From assembly GCA_963674705.1 (NCBI GenBank), contig OY771506.1:2048001-2112000 (forward strand): a stretch of DNA of 64,000 bases, in the 5' to 3' direction. The position numbers and the translations under genes are program-made. The notes beneath the pieces are model-generated. The model was not told the DNA's origin. It ran no database searches and saw nothing but the letters and a program-made list of their open reading frames with translations. This DNA is from Phycisphaeraceae bacterium. Lineage in GTDB: Bacteria; Planctomycetota; Phycisphaerae; Phycisphaerales; Phycisphaeraceae. This document shows, piece by piece, positions 57,854 through 64,000 of this stretch; within the stretch, counting starts at the first letter, position 1; each line of letters starts with the position of its first letter.

Positions 57854-58930
57854 CTATGGTTTTCTGTGCCGGCGGTACGAAGCCAGACCCGCAACCCCCA
57901 TTGCGAGTAGAGCGACTGAGGTCGGCTCAGGAACAGCGTTACTTGTCGTGGGCGGAGTTCCTGTGTTCCAATTGCTGAGGACGATGTCCAGGTCGTCCAG
58001 TCCGACATAACCGTCGCCGGATGGGTCACCTTGTAACAGGTTGCCCGCGGAAGCGCTCTGGTTCCAGTTACCGAGCACGATATCCAAGTCGTCCAGTCCG
58101 ACGTATCCGTCGCCGTTAAGATCACCTGCAAGTGTACCGGTGAAGCCAGCGAGGATGGGTGTATCCAGATCGGTTTCCATGGCGATGCCGGTGAACTTGA
58201 CGCTGATGGGTTCTTGCACTTCGGTTGTGCTCGGGTCATCAAGGGAGAGGACCTCGACGCCTAGCCAGCCATAGTAGAACGATGTACCGGTAGCGCTATC
58301 GTTGTTGTCGTTGTCGATGGCGAAGCCAAAGTACTGCTCGCCGAGGCCGGGTGCGTACCAGCCCGCGTTGCCGTAGAGGTCGGTGGTTCCATCGGCAGAT
58401 GCGAGTAGCAAGTGATCGCTAGCTTTGGCGGTTTCGTCGCCAGTGATTTGTCCGACGAATGGGCTCCAGATGTCGCCCGGTGTGCTGGGGCCGATCTCGT
58501 CGTTGAGCGCGAAGGTGAGCGCCTCAATATGCTCAAAGTCTGTATTGATATTCGGATCGGGGTCCACGTAGGTGGACCCGTCTATGAAGTAGTAACCGTC
58601 GGCCGAGACGCTCGAGCCAATCGGCTTGCTCCCACTGATGCCGTTGACCGTATCAATCTCAAATAGGAGCAAGTCGTTCCCATCGATATCGCTGTTGCCC
58701 GTCAGCCCGCTTGGGACCGTGATTATTTGCGACGTGGTCGCATCGCTCGATAGTGTGATGTCCAGATCCTGATAGACAACTGTTGCGCCGGCCTCGGTGC
58801 TTATCACGCCGACCGCACCCATCGCAAGCATTGTCTTTAGAGGCAGCGTTCCAAACTTACCGGTTTCGCTAACCATCGCGTGTTCTGTACTCATCTCTTT
58901 CTCTTCCTGAAGTAAAAAGTGACACGACAA
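57854..58930 (-). CDS. PEP-CTERM protein with dockerin-like duplicated EF-hand
   Basis: Signal-like region ending EAGA, YFGF...YYGW...AMET...ILAG motif, duplicated GD..GDGYVGLDDLDIVL.NWN, and VPEPTSVALLAMGVAGLASYRRHRK. Confidence 0.88.
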   Translation of the reverse strand: MSCHFLLQEEKEMSTEHAMVSETGKFGTLPLKTMLAMGAVGVISTEAGATVVYQDLDITLSSDATTSQIITVPSGLTGNSDIDGNDLLLFEIDTVNGISGSKPIGSSVSADGYYFIDGSTYVDPDPNINTDFEHIEALTFALNDEIGPSTPGDIWSPFVGQITGDETAKASDHLLLASADGTTDLYGNAGWYAPGLGEQYFGFAIDNDNNDSATGTSFYYGWLGVEVLSLDDPSTTEVQEPISVKFTGIAMETDLDTPILAGFTGTLAGDLNGDGYVGLDDLDIVLGNWNQSASAGNLLQGDPSGDGYVGLDDLDIVLSNWNTGTPPTTSNAVPEPTSVALLAMGVAGLASYRRHRKP

Positions 58931-58952
58931 GCCAGTGTGTCATACGGATTGA

Positions 58953-60047
58953 TCATTGTCCGACCTGAACGGGTTTGGCAGATGCTGAAGCATCGGCAGG
59001 TACTTCCTCGAGCAGCGGGGGGATCATTTCATCCAGGTGCCCTCTTGCTGTAACCGAGTTGCAGACTCCGTTGCGGTCGATGAGGAACAACGCGGGAATC
59101 GCGTTGATGCCGAACTCTTTGGTAAGCGGGTGCCATCCACGTTGCTCTGCCTTGCCCGAATCGAAAAAGTGAGGCCAAGGTAGATCGGGGTTGTTCTTGA
59201 TGAATGCTTCGAGCGCCTGCTTATTGAAGTCATTGGACACGCCGATTATTTCCAAACCCTTATCGTGGTACTTCTCGTAGGCTTCTTTGAGATGGGGCAG
59301 CTCAGCCCGGCAGGGGGCGCACCAAGTTGCCCAGAAGTCGACGAGGATCACTTTGCCTTTCCATTGTTCGGTAGAGAATTCGATGCCGTCGACAAGCGTG
59401 CCTTTGAGAGCCATGGGCTTGCCTTCAAATGCCTTAATACGTTCGGCGGCCTCGGCGAGCTGCTGGGTGCGGCCGGAGCGTTTCATCGCGTCTTCACGGT
59501 AGGCGGCGAGCTGCTTTTTCAGTTCAGGGGTCGCAAGACCCGCATACTTCGTCATCAGCGCCAGCGATAAAGTCGCTTTCATGTCGGTCGGGTCTTTATC
59601 CAGAACCTCTTTGCACTTATTAAACAGGGTTTGCTGATCTTCGTGTGTGCCGGTGATGAACTTCGCGATATTGGAAGCGACCTCCGCTTCGCCTTCGGAG
59701 ACGGGGACATCCGACGGGTCTCCGCCGAGCACGATGTAGTTGGTGAGGAAGCCCAGGCTGAGAGAAATTACAAACGGCATGGGCCTGTGATTCTGTTTCC
59801 ACTCATCCAGTTTGACGAGGAACTGTTCGCAAAGCTCTAAACCCTGCTCACGCACCGCTTCGCGTGCCGCCGGGTCGTTCAGGGCGGAGGTGTCGGGCAC
59901 CAGTGTTTCCCACTGTTTGGCTAGGGCGGTCATCTCGACAATGATCGGATCTGGCTTCTTGTCCTGTTCCTGAGCTCGGGCGGTCGTTGACGCAACAAAG
60001 CAGGTTGCGATCAGTATGATATATATGAGTCTGTTCATGGTTTTCAT
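58953..60047 (-). CDS. TlpA-family thiol-disulfide oxidoreductase with signal peptide
   Basis: GKVILVDFWATWCAPC, GLEIIGVS, FGINAIPALFLID; signal peptide from ATG 60047 with GGAG upstream. Confidence 0.9.
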   Translation of the reverse strand: MKTMNRLIYIILIATCFVASTTARAQEQDKKPDPIIVEMTALAKQWETLVPDTSALNDPAAREAVREQGLELCEQFLVKLDEWKQNHRPMPFVISLSLGFLTNYIVLGGDPSDVPVSEGEAEVASNIAKFITGTHEDQQTLFNKCKEVLDKDPTDMKATLSLALMTKYAGLATPELKKQLAAYREDAMKRSGRTQQLAEAAERIKAFEGKPMALKGTLVDGIEFSTEQWKGKVILVDFWATWCAPCRAELPHLKEAYEKYHDKGLEIIGVSNDFNKQALEAFIKNNPDLPWPHFFDSGKAEQRGWHPLTKEFGINAIPALFLIDRNGVCNSVTARGHLDEMIPPLLEEVPADASASAKPVQVGQ

Positions 60048-60117
60048 CAGGCTCCATTCCGTATTACGTTTGCTTGGTATGAGTGCTTTTGTTTTAGACA
60101 GAGATCGGCAAATGTCG

Positions 60118-60984
60118 TTATTCGCGGAGCCTCTTGATGTCTTTGTTTTTCCAGAAGTAGTAGGTTTGATTCTCATCACCGTATACGACGCCTTCAGGCA
60201 TCAGGTCGCCAAGGAATGCCTGTTTTCGCTGTTCTTGTGTTGAGTTGCCGAACAGCACGCCCGTGCCGGGGTTGGTGTAGTTGGGTTCGCGTGAGTCTGC
60301 GTGTCCATCGAGCCAGAGGATGTTGGCTTTCCCTGAGTGCCGACCGTGAAATGCTGCTTGGTATCCGAAGCCACCCTCACAATCTGTGATTTCACAACGA
60401 GCTAATTCACCATTCAGATAGCGACCACCGTCACCCCACCAGAAAGTTTCGCTAGGCATCTGGACTTCAACGAGCTTCAGCAGCAGATTCGGGAAAGCAT
60501 AATGACCACTGTCGTGAACTGTGGCGGAGAAGCCATAAGCAACTGGAGCGTCCTCATCCAGTCCCAGGTTTGTCCCGAGTCCATCGGCGTTCGGGCAGTC
60601 GCGGATTTCACCGCTGGGCATGTAAGGATAAAGCGAACCCTTTTCCCGTACCGCTTCACCCGTGGTCAGGTCTTCGGCGGCCCACCATTGAACCTCATAA
60701 TTACCTTGATGACTGGAGCCGACATAGACGCAGTCATCGTTGTCGGTGGCATAGGCGGTCCACGCGATGCCGAACTGTCGGAGCGAAGACTTGCACTTCA
60801 TGCTGAGGGCCTGCTGTCGGGCCGCGCCGAGCGCGGGCAAAAGGATGCCGACCAACAGGGCGATGATGCTGATGACGACCAGCAGTTCGATAAGCGTGAA
60901 CCCGGCTGCGGGATGGTTAGATCGACGATGTACGTTGCTCTGGCTGACTCGCCGATCTACGGGGGCATTCCGGGCGTATGTCAT
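60118..60984 (-). CDS. Planctomycete prepilin-type (DUF1559-like) protein with H-X9-DG motif
   Basis: [33 protein letters not shown], and [14 protein letters not shown]; likely start ATG 60984. Confidence 0.9.
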   Translation of the reverse strand: MTYARNAPVDRRVSQSNVHRRSNHPAAGFTLIELLVVISIIALLVGILLPALGAARQQALSMKCKSSLRQFGIAWTAYATDNDDCVYVGSSHQGNYEVQWWAAEDLTTGEAVREKGSLYPYMPSGEIRDCPNADGLGTNLGLDEDAPVAYGFSATVHDSGHYAFPNLLLKLVEVQMPSETFWWGDGGRYLNGELARCEITDCEGGFGYQAAFHGRHSGKANILWLDGHADSREPNYTNPGTGVLFGNSTQEQRKQAFLGDLMPEGVVYGDENQTYYFWKNKDIKRLRE

Positions 60985-61370
60985 CACTCGGCCGTACGAG
61001 TACAGTGAATAAGCATAGTCTGCTGCACGGGATATGAGCATCGAATCAATCTCTGCATTCCACAAGTTACAAACCCAAATGATCTGTTCCCCCGCCCGAC
61101 TTGATGCTATTCTAGGTGCTTGACTAGCAGATTGCAATGCTTTATTTTCAGATTATTCAGACATTTGGAATAACGGTGTCCGCGTTACCCAGCTTGACGG
61201 TATCAGCGTATGCCCGGCTCGATTCGGATGCCCGGGCGTCTGGGGGTGAACCGCTGATGCAGATCGTCTGGTGCTAAGGTTGGAGAGGTTGTTGGCTGGT
61301 ATAAATAGTCTTGATTCTCATGCGGATGATTCAATCGCCTCATTGAATCGACAGAAGTTCTGATACCACG

Positions 61371-62300
61371 ATGGGTAGCTTTGATTTGTGTACCAGTGAT
61401 CTGAAGATACGCCCGGGCGACCGCAGCGACTGGCGTGTGCTGCGGATGCTGTTGCCTGAGGTGGTGCATTTGGGGGCGAGGGTCAAGACATGGGTCGCGA
61501 TCGATACGGCTAATGATGTCATCATCGGTGCGATCGCGGCCGATCCAACCTTTCGCCATGAGCCGGTCGTGGGGGTGAAGATTGCCCTGCATGTGGTTGC
61601 ACCCTGGCGGGGCCGAGGTGTGGAGAAGGCTTTGGTTGAAGGCGTTATCCCAGCGGTCAGGCGGTGGGGCGGGCAGGCTCTCTATACCTGGGGAGCGATC
61701 GAAGTCGGGAGTGAGGTTGAGCAATTCTGGCTACAACTCGGATTTGTCCACGGAGAGCGGACGACGGAGGGGAGAATTACGGTGCAGTCGGGCCTGGACC
61801 TGATCGAACCGATCTGGGCACAGCTATGCAAGCGTGGCCGAGTACCCGAGGGGCTTAACGTATTGAATCTGGATGAGGTGGACCCGACGGCCATAGCCCG
61901 GTTGTATCAAAAACATATCGGCGGATCGTACGACGAGATACTTGGCCAGATCACAGGGGACTCGGCTCGCAGGTTTAATGCGTATGCATCCCCTGTTTTG
62001 CAACTGGATGGGCAGCTTGTCGGTGTGATACTGGGGCGGACGATGGAAGAAGCGGGGCTTGGGTTTGTCGAAGCAATCATCGTCGATACGCCTTTCCGCG
62101 GCACTTGGGCTAACATCGCGTTACGTCTATATGGCTGGCGACGTTGTGTTGAGATCGGTGTGCACACGTTGACCTACTTCACACATAAAAAGCACACCGA
62201 CACGATCCGGTTCTGCGACAAACTCGGCGTGACTACCCGCGTATTCGTAGAGCCGTATCGAATCCTAGACGCTGCTTCTGTGACTTGTGGAACTGAATAA
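61371..62300 (+). CDS. Tandem GNAT-fold N-acetyltransferase
   Basis: Two acetyl-CoA-binding-like motifs (HVVAPWRGRGVEKAL; IVDTPFRGTWANIAL) and FWLQLGF / FCDKLG ends. Confidence 0.75.
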   Translation: MGSFDLCTSDLKIRPGDRSDWRVLRMLLPEVVHLGARVKTWVAIDTANDVIIGAIAADPTFRHEPVVGVKIALHVVAPWRGRGVEKALVEGVIPAVRRWGGQALYTWGAIEVGSEVEQFWLQLGFVHGERTTEGRITVQSGLDLIEPIWAQLCKRGRVPEGLNVLNLDEVDPTAIARLYQKHIGGSYDEILGQITGDSARRFNAYASPVLQLDGQLVGVILGRTMEEAGLGFVEAIIVDTPFRGTWANIALRLYGWRRCVEIGVHTLTYFTHKKHTDTIRFCDKLGVTTRVFVEPYRILDAASVTCGTE

Positions 62301-64000
62301 GCATCAGCCGTTCCCGCAGGTCCTTGGCGTGTGCCTGATTGCCCAGCCGTTCATACAATGCGGCTAGTGTCTGGATGATCTGTACGGAATCCGGATCGGC
62401 GAGAAGTGCATCTTCGAGCCAAAGCCTTGCCGCTTGATCCCTGACGCCCGCCATGAGTGCTTCGCCGTGCAAAAACATGATCTGCGGGTCGTGTGGCCGA
62501 AGGTTTGCGGCTTTCTGAGATGAAGCTATCGCAGCCTCGGTGTTTTCGCATACAAGTTGCGCCGATGCCAGGCCCGCATAAGCGTCGGCAAGGTTCTCAT
62601 CGTTTTCAAGTGCTTTGGTGAACAGCTCGATTGCCTGTTTATGGCACTTCATTTTCAGCATTGCGCGCCCGGCCTCTACCAGCAGCCAAGGGGTGGATTT
62701 TGCCGACGACTCAGTCAGTTTTTGTAAGGTTTTTCGTGCGGTTTCGTGATCGCCGCGCAGCATTGCCGCGATCCCCAAGCCAAGCTGTGCGACGGGCGAT
62801 GTGGGGTATGCCCTGGCGAGCCGGTCTACCAGCTTGCTTAGTGCTTCGGCTTCGCCGGTTGACGCGTACAACTCCGCGAGGCTGATGGCGTATTCGGTGG
62901 TATTGGGGAATTGTTCGACGAGCGTTTCCAGGATCTCGATCGCGCGTTGTGTTTGGCTGTATTCATGGCAAGCCAACGCGAGGATGTGGTTCTTGTCGGC
63001 TTCGAGCCTGTTGTTAGCCGCACGTGCGTAACCATCCGGCTTATCAACGTAGCCCAGAGAATGCAGATAGTTGACAGATCGTTCTTCCGGTTGTTGTAGA
63101 TTCTGCGCGGAACTACCAGGCTTTTTATTTGGTTCGATTAATGGTTGAAGTGTTTGTTCGGGGCAGTCTATTCCAAACAGAGATAACACGATGGAGGAGA
63201 AGTCCGCTGCGGGGATAATCGCGGGCAGTTGAAAAGTCGGGTTGCCGGCGATGACGGCCATGGCTTCCCTTTTTAATCCTGACATAACCTGCGTGGCTGA
63301 CTTCGGTGTGGCGGTTGGGCGGTTCGGTCCGCGTGAAACGCCGTGATTTGATACGAGCATGATTATAGTGTCATCGCCCGCAAGTTCGATCAGGCGTCCG
63401 AGCATCAGGTCGTGGAAGTGCAAAGCATTGGTGATCACGTCGGCGTAACAGCGTGTGTCGTGTTCGGATACGTCTTTCGCGGCCGGGGCGTCATACGACA
63501 GGAAGTGCCTGCACAGCGGACCGAGGCCGTGGTAGTGTACGGCCGCGAAACGCCAGTCGCTCCGTTCGACTACGGCGGTGGCGACCGCGTGCCAGCTCGC
63601 GGTTTGCGCCAGGCATTTTCGAAGAATCGTTGGCCTCGGATCATTTGGGACGATGCCCGATGCGTTGGGCAGGAAAGAACGCAATGTCGCAACATCAATC
63701 TCGTCGGGAGTGATCCGAAGCGTGTTGAGTGTTTCTTGAAGACTGTCTGGTTGAACCGATGCCTCTTGGTCTTTGATATCTGTCGATATCCAATAATCCG
63801 AAATACTCGCGCTCGATAGCGGTACGGCCGGATGTGTTGCGGGGAAGCCAACGACTGCAGTCGGGATGCCTTTTGATTCCAAGCGTTGCCAGAGTGTGGC
63901 GACGCATTGAGCAGATCTACCAATCGTCTGTAAGCCCGAACCGTCGGGGCGTATCTCGCGTTCGGCGAACACGCCGTGCTTTAATGGGTTGGCGCCGGTC
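62233..64000 (-). CDS. Alkaline-phosphatase-superfamily (phosphodiesterase/nucleotide pyrophosphatase-like) protein with C-terminal TPRs; partial, runs off the right edge
   Basis: Frame open to the edge (TGANPLKHGV), VVGFPATHP, FHDLMLGRL, MLVSNHG, LHSLGYVD, then several TPR helices. Confidence 0.8.
   Translation of the reverse strand, partial: TGANPLKHGVFAEREIRPDGSGLQTIGRSAQCVATLWQRLESKGIPTAVVGFPATHPAVPLSSASISDYWISTDIKDQEASVQPDSLQETLNTLRITPDEIDVATLRSFLPNASGIVPNDPRPTILRKCLAQTASWHAVATAVVERSDWRFAAVHYHGLGPLCRHFLSYDAPAAKDVSEHDTRCYADVITNALHFHDLMLGRLIELAGDDTIIMLVSNHGVSRGPNRPTATPKSATQVMSGLKREAMAVIAGNPTFQLPAIIPAADFSSIVLSLFGIDCPEQTLQPLIEPNKKPGSSAQNLQQPEERSVNYLHSLGYVDKPDGYARAANNRLEADKNHILALACHEYSQTQRAIEILETLVEQFPNTTEYAISLAELYASTGEAEALSKLVDRLARAYPTSPVAQLGLGIAAMLRGDHETARKTLQKLTESSAKSTPWLLVEAGRAMLKMKCHKQAIELFTKALENDENLADAYAGLASAQLVCENTEAAIASSQKAANLRPHDPQIMFLHGEALMAGVRDQAARLWLEDALLADPDSVQIIQTLAALYERLGNQAHAKDLRERLMLIQFHKSQKQRLGFDTALRIRG

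Overview
This window is most likely from a planctomycete of class Phycisphaerae, judged from the DUF1559-type prepilin, PEP-CTERM proteins, dockerin-like GDLNGDGYVGLDDLDIVL repeats and rve-type IS elements. It is an accessory, IS-scarred region. The centrepiece (2.7-35.9 kb) is a divergent locus. The minus strand carries two paralogous secreted helical proteins, a 1971-aa secreted FG-GAP/Ig/alpha-alpha-barrel protein, a 3865-aa RHS polymorphic toxin and an Imm1-like immunity gene. The toxin has a Sec signal, a degenerate transglutaminase domain, two LamG domains, an RHS core and a PD-(D/E)XK nuclease tip. The plus strand carries a complete type II secretion operon (gspDEFGHIJK, C-like, L, M, TPR pilotin). 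The block is bracketed by directly oriented copies or remnants of two rve-integrase IS types and is the best candidate for an undescribed system: a T2SS-linked RHS toxin apparatus. Further right are a GH74-like dockerin protein with a small secreted partner, an SBBP PEP-CTERM protein, a 28-bp perfect palindrome, a truncated immunity-like gene and a sigma-factor gene between IS ends. These are followed by a tightly coupled kinase/receiver/channel-like/ABC(NMT1)/methyltransferase operon, an IS630 element, and a PEP-CTERM/TlpA/prepilin/GNAT/AlkP-TPR cluster that runs off the right edge. I found no rRNA, tRNA or CRISPR array. All family assignments come from motif recognition by eye; no database searches were run.
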